This document shows, piece by piece, positions 18,101 to 25,739 of a DNA stretch of 34,245 nt. Position 1 is the stretch's first letter, and every line of letters begins with the position of its first letter. The notes under the pieces are model-generated. The model ran no database searches. It was given only the letters and a program-made list of their open reading frames with translations, and had not been told where the DNA came from. The DNA lies in IMG/VR virus record IMGVR_UViG_3300049023_000137, positions 1 through 34,245 of that record. One strand, 5' to 3'. Source of the stretch: a virus. Taxonomy: Duplodnaviria; Caudoviricetes. The position numbers were made by a program, and so were the translations under genes.

Positions 18101-18857
18101 TGCCCTCGAACGCCGGATCCCGCTCGATGATCTTCCACGGCTTCGCGTAGAGCTCGATCAGAATCATCCGATCGCGCGCGCTGTACCGCTTGAAGTTCGA
18201 CCAGTACAGGCAGCGCGGGTTCAGCCCGTCGCGCTCCGGGTACTCGTCGAACAGGCGCGGAACGAACCGAATGAACTTGCACGGGATGCGCGTGTCGAGG
18301 CCGTGCTCCTCGAACCCGCCGACGTAGCGCGCCGGGTCGATCACGCGGAGCTCGCGCTCCGGACCGAGCGTCAGGCGGCGCGGATGGATCCACGCAAGTT
18401 CAGCAACCTGGTACTGCGCGCGCCCGGTAAACCGGCGATCCCAGTGGATCTCGAGCGCTGCGCGTCCGTTCCAGTGCGCCCAGGCGAGATCCTGGATCGC
18501 TTGCCGGAACGACGGGATCTGCGTGATCTGCGAGCGCACGAGGTTCGCGAGCTCGAGCGCCTTGCCCTTGTCGATGCCGTCGACCTGCGACGGCGCGACA
18601 TCCCAGTCGACCTGGGACGGCGAGACGAAGCGCTTCTGAAGCACCGAGCCGAGGTGCGGATCGCAGAGGATCGTCTCCGCGCCCGCGTCGGTCAGATCCG
18701 TGAGATACCCGGTCGCCGCGTTCAGCAACGCGGTCTCGATGCGCGCCGGCGTGAGGCTGCGCCCGAAGTGCTGGCGCCATTCCTCGCTGCGTGGCACACG
18801 CTTCGACACGAAGGCCCTAGCGAGCGCCGCCGGGTCGATGGTCAGAGGTGCGTTCAC
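15129..18857 (-). CDS. Portal (Mu gp29/DUF935-like) fused to an unknown domain and to an intein-containing Mu gpF-like minor head protein
   Basis: Portal motifs DPHLGSVLQKR, ALEIHW, ELYAKP, CDKQISKLVLGGTSTT and VHQDE. gpF motifs AFNIAG, HVETVFRN, AYSSGR, RPYWQIMAVRDDRCRATH and PPWGHQ/CRC. One uninterrupted 1242-codon frame. Confidence 0.88.
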   Translation of the reverse strand: MNAPLTIDPAALARAFVSKRVPRSEEWRQHFGRSLTPARIETALLNAATGYLTDLTDAGAETILCDPHLGSVLQKRFVSPSQVDWDVAPSQVDGIDKGKALELANLVRSQITQIPSFRQAIQDLAWAHWNGRAALEIHWDRRFTGRAQYQVAELAWIHPRRLTLGPERELRVIDPARYVGGFEEHGLDTRIPCKFIRFVPRLFDEYPERDGLNPRCLYWSNFKRYSARDRMILIELYAKPWKIIERDPAFEGNPTPDDLDEAVDQAEALGGALVAQFAKGVKLEVKSPDPKSGELHNHTIADCDKQISKLVLGGTSTTDAQSAGLGSQQARVHQDEQLLILQADGERISGVVQRDLVLSIVALNAPFYGISTFDARRYAPTFSLRTAPERDRKRELECAKAFSDLGMPIAADELRERTGYRKPEKGEAIVQLVEAPQDDMSARYIPPRPMLIDPSGSEPGIGEWGKPGAQPPPANGTAQPAPAAASTLEPGSPDEDFDLFHGPLGATFAELTDLAATEAAGGITNFPLAGENKRVSLINSKHRVFPLSVARQLREEYPQIWSKGTPLSKLQFRRLAPIVDRRGVVETDAEDEAVRLREAWAARHVGDMDVAGVVAQIQWLVVGAQGIDRMLRTIGVEKARIREVAPSAPQAAATAYGDPLLLDAQPGDVAGDVEDISTARTKRGAAITTRWARALARSTRGLETATDIRTALRAAAKALDVKTLAVEVERCMLHSAAFGAVEAEWEAENDKPLQPAEFSVHLAGGQRGFTTRPFWEAINAFLSREIVDRPTWNKLAGNAKKAAFNIAGLARKSMLQVAFDELGKSITEGKSLANFSKALSERFVSAGWTKLKPSHVETVFRNATMGAYSSGREAQMTQPAVLAARPYWQIMAVRDDRCRATHAKVRGYVLRADDPFWRKVGRPPWGHQCFLPQTIISGAIVGASRALYAGKAIELVTHEGRRLSVTANHPILTPQGFAAAQSIRVGDDLVCYQTDSRIASLGTAAQRDEHHEPARADEVFRALSEMLPSGRLRCVGNDFHGEAKRFVGEVEVVGSYWKLTDDRKSANGELRGEFVLEQATESTHCERDCDALALGSDAPSGRSPGAAALPLDGGAVALESSPLIALRFGLVAQRDAATSQCIADGLSGDAELVGKLLERGSGSVSLDKVIEVREFDYSGHVHDFQSETGWVVADGIVASNCRCKVVSRSEREIKRLGLSVRKGSEISGLPDPGWSSSKSDLI
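15258..16073 (-). mobile_element. Intein (272 aa, residues 929-1200 of the portal-gpF fusion)
   Basis: Starts CFLPQT (block A); LSVTANHPILT (block B TxxH); HVHDFQS (block F); ends GIVASN followed by Cys+1. Removal restores the gpF motif PPWGHQ-CRC. Confidence 0.92.
15318..16028 (+). CDS. HTH plus Vsr/DUF559-like (PD-(D/E)xK) endonuclease encoded antisense within the intein
   Basis: HTH: LVERYTSGTSLKQLSDELGIARQTIGNALRSRGV. Nuclease-like: FEDELAAELSVRGLPVVGQLPVATYNLDLAYEPLRLAVEI...RERTEYLICSGWLVVFV. GGAAG SD-like sequence 8 nt before the ATG (alternative GTG at 15312). ORF lies wholly inside the intein. Confidence 0.8.
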   Translation: MSRVIEFPNLDNLVERYTSGTSLKQLSDELGIARQTIGNALRSRGVTLRNQSESERNKWAALKSDRSAIERQCSGAWRATRGRVRSERERVAVALTMSRLRGLFEDELAAELSVRGLPVVGQLPVATYNLDLAYEPLRLAVEIIANTPKSSRWEHFRERTEYLICSGWLVVFVPLRSRPQRSDPGIGLIADKIVSYADRLRSGEPLGGQYRVVGRHGKSTTFMRDQLDGLPGIQGT

Positions 18858-19071
18858 GTGGTGAGAAATTGAGCGAGCAGCGGGGAATGCAGCCGGTGCG
18901 GCTGCTGCGACTGATCGACTACCGTCGTCGCTGGATGCGGATCATCTGGCCGGATGGCCGCGCGCTGGATCGGCTGCGTCGCAGCACGACGCTTGGGATC
19001 GTCGTGCTCGCGCTGCGAGGCGCGCGCGTGGTGGTGCTACAGGGAGAGGAAGCGCTGCGGGCGTGGAGCGC

Positions 19072-19314
19072 TCAGCCGCCCACCGTCCCGCCCGCGCCGA
19101 GCGCCGGATCCTTCATCGCGCGGATCGTCGCGAGGAGCGCGCCGGACCACCGGGGCGAACTGCCGGCCTTGCCGTCGTTCACGCCGATTGCGACTGCGAC
19201 GTCCTCGTCGAGCGTTCCCGCGAGGGTCTCGACCGAGTACCCGAAGATGCCGGCCACATAGGCGTGGAGGTAGCAGCGGTAAACGGAGCTCTGTTCGTTG
19301 GTCAGATCGGCCAC
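19072..19314 (-). CDS. Hypothetical protein (80 aa)
   Basis: GTG start with GGAAGGG upstream; ordinary globular composition. Confidence 0.5.
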   Translation of the reverse strand: MADLTNEQSSVYRCYLHAYVAGIFGYSVETLAGTLDEDVAVAIGVNDGKAGSSPRWSGALLATIRAMKDPALGAGGTVGG

Positions 19315-19447
19315 GCGCGGGAAACCCTTCCTGCTCGGTGCTCACAACGCGACCCGAGCCTACCTGAACCCTACGTCGTTACAGGCGGTTCGCAACCGTC
19401 AACCATGCTGGATTCGACGGAGTGATCGCGGCCTGTTTGTCGCTGTT

Positions 19448-19864
19448 TCACGCAGCATCCGTCAACCGTGTTGGGTCCGCAGCCTCGGCGCAGTACTGAA
19501 ACGGTCGGTCGTGTCCGTCGATCCAGTCGTCGAGTGCGCAGTTGTAACACCATGGGTGTTTCTTGCCGAGACCGTAGATCGGCAGCGGGTCGACATGGAG
19601 ACGCGCAAGCGCCTTCACGCCGTTGATCGAGCGTTGCGTGAGCCGCCCGAGTTCTTTTAGACCGACGATGCGCGGCAGGTCGGCGTCGTCGATCTGTCGC
19701 GCCTTCCAGAGCTCCAGCGTCGAGCGTCGGATCCAGTACCGGTCGATCATCCAGCGCAGGCGCAGCGGGTCAAACGGCCGCTGAGCGAACGCGATCACGG
19801 TGCCGCGGTCCGCGACGCCGAGCGCCTTCGCGATGTCGCGCAGCGTGTAGATCGCGTCGATCAC
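19448..19864 (-). CDS. Tandem excisionase/MerR-like winged-HTH DNA-binding protein
   Basis: Two internal repeats: IYTLRDIAKALGV...DPLRL...YWIRRSTLELW and IVGLKELGRLTQRS...DPLPI...PWCYNCALDDW. GTGA overlap with the upstream gene. Confidence 0.7.
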   Translation of the reverse strand: MIDAIYTLRDIAKALGVADRGTVIAFAQRPFDPLRLRWMIDRYWIRRSTLELWKARQIDDADLPRIVGLKELGRLTQRSINGVKALARLHVDPLPIYGLGKKHPWCYNCALDDWIDGHDRPFQYCAEAADPTRLTDAA

Positions 19865-20883
19865 GAGCTCGCTCCGGCCGAGCGAAGCGCCTCCGACGCA
19901 CGAGGCGGGACGCGCGGCGCGGCGGGTGCGGGAGCGGGCGCGGCGACGGCGCGCCGCTCGCGAGGCGGGATCAGGCCGCGCTCGCGGAGCGCGTCGCGTA
20001 CCCGGTCACGCGCGCGCTGAATGCGCTGCTTCGCCTCGCGCTGCGAGCGCGGCAGGTCGGACAGGTCGAGCGGCCCGGGATCCACACCGAGCTTGTCGCG
20101 CTTGAACACCTGCGCGGCGTACTCCTCGCGCAGCCTGGCGAGCGCGTCCTGCACGCTCAGCGGCTCGACGGCGAGCGCGAGCCCGTGCTTTGTCCTGCGC
20201 GCCCGCGAGCGCACCGTGCCCTGGTCAACGAGCTCCAGCAGGCGCTGATCGACGTAGCTCACGCCCGCTGCGCCGACGGCGTACGCGAGGTCGATCCGGT
20301 CAACCAGCGCGTCCTCGCCGCGCGCCGCCCCCGTGCGGTTCGCGTCGGGTGAGCAGGCGATCCGACCGAGCTGCATGCCGCCGCGAAGCCTGTACTTCGG
20401 TCGCGCCTCATCGACGCGCATTCCACCGCCGAGCCCCAGGACAGGGCGTGGTGTGTTCATCTCGGCCGCGGCGTGGCGGTACCCAGCGAACGCCGTCTCG
20501 CGTCGGCGCCGCGAGCGCACGATCATGTCGGCCTGCCCCGAGCGCAGGCGCGCGATGTTCCAGATCCACCGCGAGAACTGCGCGAGGATCGCGAGCGTCA
20601 CGAGGCAGCGCGTCGCCTTGCCCGCAGCACCGAGCACGCGCACGCGGTACGCGTCGAGGCGCGAGATCTCGGCAAGCGTCCAGGTGCTGTCGGCGTCGAG
20701 CCGCGCGTCGTCGCGCTCGATCCAGCGGTCGAGCCGTCCGGCGCTCGGCGCGTCGACCATGTGCTCGTAGCTCGGATCTGGCTCGCGTCGGATGGTCACG
20801 CCGCGATCGCAGTCGCGACAGGTGAGATGATCGCCCGATGTATCCCAGTGCGTCGAAGTAGAACGACAGAACGGACATCGCAT
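19861..20883 (-). CDS. Zn-ribbon protein with C-terminal sigma-region-4-like helix, putative late transcription regulator
   Basis: ATG at 20883 after AGGAG; CPFC...CRDC; C-terminal DQRLLELV...SVQDAL...REAKQRIQRARDRVRDAL. Confidence 0.5.
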   Translation of the reverse strand: MRCPFCRSTSTHWDTSGDHLTCRDCDRGVTIRREPDPSYEHMVDAPSAGRLDRWIERDDARLDADSTWTLAEISRLDAYRVRVLGAAGKATRCLVTLAILAQFSRWIWNIARLRSGQADMIVRSRRRRETAFAGYRHAAAEMNTPRPVLGLGGGMRVDEARPKYRLRGGMQLGRIACSPDANRTGAARGEDALVDRIDLAYAVGAAGVSYVDQRLLELVDQGTVRSRARRTKHGLALAVEPLSVQDALARLREEYAAQVFKRDKLGVDPGPLDLSDLPRSQREAKQRIQRARDRVRDALRERGLIPPRERRAVAAPAPAPAAPRVPPRASEALRSAGASS

Positions 20884-20955
20884 AGAGAAAACGCTCCTCG
20901 ACGAGACCCGCTCGTCGGTGCACACTCCCGATGTCCTAGCTGTGGCGGCGCGGAC

Positions 20956-21000
20956 GGGAACCCCCTTCTCCGGTTGACGGCCCGGAGTTGGGGGTTTCTT
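20956..21000. terminator. Long hairpin between TerL and the regulator gene (terminator or regulatory stem)
   Basis: GGGAACCCCC-TT-CTCCGG-loop TTGACGGC-CCGGAG-TT-GGGGGTTTCTT. Confidence 0.5.
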
Positions 21001-21185
21001 ACGTCGTGTCGGCGGAGCGATCGACGCTTGCTTCGGTCTGAGACTCCAGGATGGTGCCTGCTGGCAGAGCGACGCGCGCGCCGCAGGGCAAGATGGCAAC
21101 GTGATCCACGTTGATCGTGATCGTCTCGTGCAGACACGCAGGAAGCTCGAGTCGAAGTTCTCCGATCATGCCGGGGTAAACCATA

Positions 21186-22823
21186 TCAGAACCCTCCTGT
21201 GTTGTTCATCTCGCGCTGACCGCGCACCTTGCTCTTCTTCTCGACTTTCACGCTCAGATCCACCTGCACGAGCGCGAGAATCGCCGCCTGCATCACGTCG
21301 CCGTGCCGCGCGCCGTGCTTCGGTACCACGATTCCGATCCGTCCGCCCGGCAGCACGCGGCTCCGTGTGTCCTCCAGCTGCTTCCGTAGCACCGGGTCGT
21401 CGGGTAGATCCGCAAGCCCTTCCTGCATCAGTCGACGCATCTCGGCGAACCGCTCGCCGATTTCGTCAGGTTGCTGGCTGACCGCATCGTACACGATGTC
21501 GAACGTGCGATCTTCTTCGCGCAGCTTTCCGAGCTCCTCATACGCTGTCTCTTTGCTGTGATGGTCACCCTGCATTCTGCGCACGCGGTACTCTTTGCAC
21601 TTCCGCGCGAAGTCGCGCACGACTTCTGACGGCTTCAGCGAGACGCCTTTGTCTGGGCGCTTCTCCTCGTGATACACGAGCTGCGCCTTGACGATCTGCT
21701 CTCCGTCGACGATGACACGCAGCGGTCGCGCGATGGCAAGCGCGCTGCTGTTTTTCGTGAACCCAAAGTCAACGCCTGCTGTGTGAGGCACACCGAGCTC
21801 AGCTGTCAGATACAACGCCCGCTTCGGGTCGAAGCTCTTCTCGATGGCGTCGAGCGGGAAGAACGCCTTGTTGCCGGCGGCAAGCGGCAGCGCGTCGAAC
21901 TCGCGCTGCGCCTTGTCCGGATCGTACCGGCGCACGCGATCGATGTCCGCCTGCGGATACGCAGGGTTCATGCTGCGCGTGTCGCTGTGGAACGCGAGCG
22001 CATCGCCCGGCTTCCCGTAGTACCGCATAAACAGGCGGTTGAACGCGTCGTCCTCGGACCACGGCGAGCTCACCACCCATGCCTGAGCGCCTGGCAATAG
22101 ACGGCCAAGGATGGCGTCGATGTTGTCGCCGAGGTTTACCGCGGCTTCGTCGTCGTCATGGAATGCGGCCTCGTCGAACAGGATCCCGGCGAGCCACGTG
22201 CCACGAAGGTTGCCGCCTCCCTTGTCCGCGGCGATCTTCATGATCTTGACGAGCGCACCGTCTGGCCGCTTGATCGTGATCGACTCTGCGGCGTCCGGGT
22301 TTCCGTGGATGTACTTCCGCAGGATCGGGCTGTTCTTCATCGTGCCGCGGATGTGCTCCAGCGGCGCAGCGCCGTGATGCAGTTTCGGCCCGACGATCAG
22401 CGCGCGTATCTCTTCTCCAGAGCGAACGCCGATCAGTCCGTCCGCCTGCGGCCGCTCCCCCTGCGTCGGATCCGGTGGCCGGCGGAACTGGCAAAACAGC
22501 GCGCCGTATAACAATGAGAGCGCTGCAATCAGTGACTTCGCCGCGCGCACACCGGTACGCAGGATGACGAGGCTCGGGCGGCCGGGCGGCAATCGCTCTG
22601 CGTTGAAGTGGAATCCCATCTGTTCCGACGACAGCAGACCAGGCTCGATCGGCTTGCCGTCCGCCGCGAGCAGCAGAGCGATCTGCGTGTCGGATGCCGG
22701 CAGATCCGCCATGTCGCCACGGCAGACCATCTCACGGAACGAGAGATCGCGCGGAAGCTCCCGGTTCTTCTCCGGGTCGCTCATCTCGAGGAAGGCTTCG
22801 GCGAACGGGTTACGACATGCCAT
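21186..22823 (-). CDS. terL: Terminase large subunit
   Basis: Variant Walker A LVILRTGVRAAKS, LRG, Walker B GILFDEAAF, VVSSPW coupling motif, RNase H-like AGVDFG and HGDVMQA. Likely start is the ATG at 22823 (TGATG overlap). Confidence 0.88.
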   Translation of the reverse strand: MACRNPFAEAFLEMSDPEKNRELPRDLSFREMVCRGDMADLPASDTQIALLLAADGKPIEPGLLSSEQMGFHFNAERLPPGRPSLVILRTGVRAAKSLIAALSLLYGALFCQFRRPPDPTQGERPQADGLIGVRSGEEIRALIVGPKLHHGAAPLEHIRGTMKNSPILRKYIHGNPDAAESITIKRPDGALVKIMKIAADKGGGNLRGTWLAGILFDEAAFHDDDEAAVNLGDNIDAILGRLLPGAQAWVVSSPWSEDDAFNRLFMRYYGKPGDALAFHSDTRSMNPAYPQADIDRVRRYDPDKAQREFDALPLAAGNKAFFPLDAIEKSFDPKRALYLTAELGVPHTAGVDFGFTKNSSALAIARPLRVIVDGEQIVKAQLVYHEEKRPDKGVSLKPSEVVRDFARKCKEYRVRRMQGDHHSKETAYEELGKLREEDRTFDIVYDAVSQQPDEIGERFAEMRRLMQEGLADLPDDPVLRKQLEDTRSRVLPGGRIGIVVPKHGARHGDVMQAAILALVQVDLSVKVEKKSKVRGQREMNNTGGF

Positions 22824-23758
22824 CAGGCAGCAACAAGCATAGCTCCGACGTGCTCTTCTACAAGCTGTCTCAGCGTGAGATAGGGGCTGGCGTGGTCGCG
22901 TGCATCGATCTTGAACCCAGCCGCGCGCTCGTGCCCGCCTCCGCCGTTCGCCTTCGCCAGCGCGAGCGCCGACACGCGACCGCACGAGCGACACGACACG
23001 ATCATCCGGCAGCGGCCTGCGTCGACGTGGTAGTGCCATCCGAGCACGAGGTCGATCTCGCTCTCCAGTCGCTCTGCGATGTCGCTCGTGTGCGTGCCCT
23101 CGAACGCGATCACGCGCACGCCGTTCACCTCGAACCGGTACGCCTCCGCGATCGTGCGCTCGTCGCGATGCTCATCGCGCGCGAGTAACGTCTCGCCGAT
23201 CTCCAGGCGAGACGCGAGCGTATCGATCGGTGCGCCGACGAGCATCTCCGACGGCCAGAAGCGGAGCGCAGCGGCCTGCGCACATGCCTCACGCCAGCGC
23301 GGATCGCTGCGCTGCCAGGTGTCGCGGATGCCGGCGAGCGTCGCCGTATGCCCCAGTAGATCCGATCGCTGCGTATACCTGTACCCGTGCAGCAACCTCA
23401 TCCACACCTCGCGGAACGCCAGCGTCGCACCGCTCACACCCGGCTCCGTCACCTCATCCGCGAACACACCGCGCTCGCCGAACGCAGCGACGATCTCCAG
23501 AGCGCCCTTGTGATGATCGAGCACGATCGCGCCCGCGTCGACAAACTCCTGCACGCGCGCGGCCGGCGGCGTCATGTCGCAGAACAACATGCCGGGCTCC
23601 GCGCGCAGGTCGCGATGCGCCGGCGTGTTGTACTGCACGAACTCGATGCGTGCCTGCGGCAGCGCATCGTGCAGGATGATGGCGGACGCGACGCCATCGG
23701 CGCAGCCTTCGTGCGTGATGATGCGGCGGACGGCTAGGAGCGAGTCGACGTCAAACAT
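22823..23758 (-). CDS. DHH/DHHA1-family phosphoesterase
   Basis: ITHEGCADG, FCD, IVLDHH, SGA, RDTW, SCRS and GGGGHERAAGF motifs. Confidence 0.9.
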   Translation of the reverse strand: MFDVDSLLAVRRIITHEGCADGVASAIILHDALPQARIEFVQYNTPAHRDLRAEPGMLFCDMTPPAARVQEFVDAGAIVLDHHKGALEIVAAFGERGVFADEVTEPGVSGATLAFREVWMRLLHGYRYTQRSDLLGHTATLAGIRDTWQRSDPRWREACAQAAALRFWPSEMLVGAPIDTLASRLEIGETLLARDEHRDERTIAEAYRFEVNGVRVIAFEGTHTSDIAERLESEIDLVLGWHYHVDAGRCRMIVSCRSCGRVSALALAKANGGGGHERAAGFKIDARDHASPYLTLRQLVEEHVGAMLVAA

Positions 23759-23806
23759 GCGGTGTCTCTGATGGTGAAGGATGCGGGGAGAGATGCAAGC
23801 GGCGAT

Positions 23807-23998
23807 TCATCTGGATCCTTGACCGAGAAGATCATTGAGTCTGTCCAGCCAGAACTGAGCCTTGCGAAGGCTCTTTTCGGCCGTCTTCACCGCTCCGCGC
23901 TCGATCTCCTCGTTGTAGTTTCCGAGGTGCATTCCTGCGTTCGCCTCGGCCTCGGCGACGCGATCTTCGATGCTACGCAGCGGTACGCGCGTCGCCAT
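23807..23998 (-). CDS. Hypothetical helical protein (63 aa)
   Basis: GAGGAGG SD, MATRVPLRSIEDRV...AQFWLDRLNDLLG; promoter just upstream. Confidence 0.65.
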   Translation of the reverse strand: MATRVPLRSIEDRVAEAEANAGMHLGNYNEEIERGAVKTAEKSLRKAQFWLDRLNDLLGQGSR

Positions 23999-24050
23999 CT
24001 CCCGCCTCCTCTTCTCGCGCCACGAACACGCGACGCTCTCCCACGCTAAC

Positions 24051-24078
24051 ACAATAACACGTGTCGCGCTGATGTCAA
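24051..24078 (-). promoter_or_regulatory. Sigma70-type promoter, class B (TTGACA-16-TATTGT, ACACGTGT palindrome in spacer)
   Basis: Minus strand TTGACA tcagcgcgacacgtgt TATTGT; sister copy at 25971-25998. Confidence 0.7.
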
Positions 24079-24088
24079 CACGGCACGA

Positions 24089-24424
24089 TCACTTTATCCG
24101 ATGCACCGCAAGCCGACGCGGTATCTCGCTCTCCGGCACGATGAACGGCGAGTGATGCACCGCGCCGCCGCTCCGGTTTCGCTCCCTGTGCTGCTGCACG
24201 CGCGCCTGCGCGCTCTCGCGGTCGCCATCGTACACGACCGGATCGCGGTGCGTACAGCTGTCGTCGTGCACGTGTGGCCCCGGGCGATCCCACGGACCGA
24301 CCCATCCGGCGCAGCACTCGATCGCGTACCGGAACCCGCGCGCCTCGCCGGACTCCTCGCGCGCGATCTGCGCTCGCCGTGCCGCGCGCTCGGCGCGCCA
24401 CTTCTCCATCCTGTCGTTGCTCAT
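24089..24424 (-). CDS. Hypothetical His/Cys-containing protein (111 aa)
   Basis: GAGGG SD after a hairpin; MSNDRMEKW...ECCAGW...HVHDDSCTH. Confidence 0.55.
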   Translation of the reverse strand: MSNDRMEKWRAERAARRAQIAREESGEARGFRYAIECCAGWVGPWDRPGPHVHDDSCTHRDPVVYDGDRESAQARVQQHRERNRSGGAVHHSPFIVPESEIPRRLAVHRIK

Positions 24425-24485
24425 GGTGCCCTCACGCAGCGAAGCCCCGGGCCAGCGCGCTTCGCTGGACACCGGGGCTGCTCCC

Positions 24486-24962
24486 CTACCTCGCAAACCG
24501 CAGCCGCTCGATCAGCGACGAGCACGTGTCGATCGTCGCATCCGCGAGCTCGGTCTCGCTCGCGCCGAGCTTCCGGGCGTACTCGATCTGCGCCCTCGAC
24601 GCGGGCTTCGCTCGGCGCTGCGTGCGGCGCTTCTCATTGCGCTCCTTACGCCGCGCCTTCTCCCGATCGCTCAGCACACGCTCTGCGGCAGCGACAAGCC
24701 GCTTGTCGTTCGTCTTGCGGCAGCAGTCGCAGCCCACCTTGAACCGCTTCCCGTTCGCGTCCTCGATCGTGCACACCAGCATGATGCCCTGCCCGCAGTA
24801 ATCGCACGAGCTGCCCGGCAGCACCGGGCACGACGGGTCGCCAGGGACCGCCTGAAACTTGCTCTCGTACGTGCCCACGAACCGGAATGGCGCGACGCCC
24901 AGGCCGGCGCGCTCGAACGGATGAACCTTGCTGCTCTCGGTGCTCGTCGTCGCGTTGTTCAT
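24486..24962 (-). CDS. Zinc-finger protein, leaderless (MNNATT)
   Basis: HPFERAGLGVAPF...CDYCGQGI...FKVGCDC; ATG 6 nt after the -10 box. Confidence 0.75.
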   Translation of the reverse strand: MNNATTSTESSKVHPFERAGLGVAPFRFVGTYESKFQAVPGDPSCPVLPGSSCDYCGQGIMLVCTIEDANGKRFKVGCDCCRKTNDKRLVAAAERVLSDREKARRKERNEKRRTQRRAKPASRAQIEYARKLGASETELADATIDTCSSLIERLRFAR

Positions 24963-24996
24963 ACAGGTAATATATACGATCGTAGAACTATGTCAA
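24963..24996 (-). promoter_or_regulatory. Class A promoter/operator module 1
   Basis: TTGACA tagttc TACGATCGTA TATATT acctgt ATG. Confidence 0.85.
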
Positions 24997-25035
24997 CACG
25001 TCGCGCGCAGATCGGTCGTATCCACACCTACACGC

Positions 25036-25245
25036 TCACCACGCGCGGTCGATCCGGTCGAGCAGCAGCCGCTCGCGCACCGCATCCGGTACGATGCGAT
25101 CGCGACGACGCAGGGCGCGCTCGTACGGCGTCGGCAGCGGCGGAGGACCGCCGGTGCGGCCGAAGCGCTGCACGACGGCTGCGAGGCGCGTGGACGCGTC
25201 GGAGAGCATGCGGGGGAGGGTGGTTCGGCCGCGCTGCGCGCTCAT
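25036..25245 (-). CDS. Hypothetical basic protein
   Basis: ATGA-coupled to the upstream ORF; MSAQRGRTTLPRML. Confidence 0.4.
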   Translation of the reverse strand: MSAQRGRTTLPRMLSDASTRLAAVVQRFGRTGGPPPLPTPYERALRRRDRIVPDAVRERLLLDRIDRAW

Positions 25246-25421
25246 CGCCGCGCCCACTGCTCGAGGTAGCGCTGCAGGTCGACCTCGACGTTACACGCCT
25301 GGCAAAGGCTCATCGTGAACGGACCAGGGTGCGGCTCATCCGGACTACCTCCAGGTACACCTGGGGTGATGTCAAGGCATCGCGGACAGACCGGTCGAGC
25401 GCAAGGCTTCTGCTTATTCAT
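25242..25421 (-). CDS. 59-aa CxxC...CxxC protein (absent from the ORF track)
   Basis: GGAGGAGG SD; MNKQKPCARPVCPRCLDIT...SLCQACNVEVDLQRYLEQWARR. Confidence 0.6.
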   Translation of the reverse strand: MNKQKPCARPVCPRCLDITPGVPGGSPDEPHPGPFTMSLCQACNVEVDLQRYLEQWARR

Positions 25422-25496
25422 CGTTGCCTCCTCCGCGCGCCATCAGCGACGCGCCTCCCAACGGGGCGAGCCCGCCGAGCGAGTGCTGGGCGGGCG

Positions 25497-25739
25497 TTAG
25501 CCAGTCGATGCGCGTCGCCGCGGACAGTTGGCGCTGCACGCGCCCAGCACGAGAGGACTTCCCCCAGACAGGAGCCAGCGCGCGGCCCTCGGGTCAAAGT
25601 CGCGCCATTGCTCGGGCGTCTTCAGCCTGCACCGAGGCAGCGGCGTGCCGACCTCGACGTTCAACGCATTCGCTGGCCTGCGCGGGACGTCGAGGTCGAT
25701 CCGCTCGTCGCACGGCTCCGGAGAGCCGGAGCGGCTCAC
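25497..25739 (-). CDS. Hypothetical protein
   Basis: GTGA overlap with the upstream ORF, GAGGG SD. Confidence 0.4.
   Translation of the reverse strand: MSRSGSPEPCDERIDLDVPRRPANALNVEVGTPLPRCRLKTPEQWRDFDPRAARWLLSGGSPLVLGACSANCPRRRASTG

Noticed and set aside
1047-18872. Long plus-strand ORFs (1047-2624, 6340-8007, 12736-14493, 17046-18872 and similar)
   Set aside because: Arg-rich antisense shadows of GC-rich structural genes with no recognisable motifs. They differ from 15318-16028, which has domain motifs and is confined to the intein.
18848-19261. Plus-strand 137-aa ORF upstream of portal
   Set aside because: Opposes the operon direction, overlaps the portal start and the 19072-19314 ORF, and has no SD or motif.
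20884-21099. N-terminal extension of the Zn-ribbon ORF and the small ORF 20999-21184
   Set aside because: Region is occupied by hairpins and the translation is low-complexity; an AGGAG SD precedes the ATG at 20883.
22824-23039. N-terminal extension of terL in the ORF track (start 23039)
   Set aside because: Overlaps the DHH gene out of frame; the ATG at 22823 coupled to the DHH stop is more plausible.
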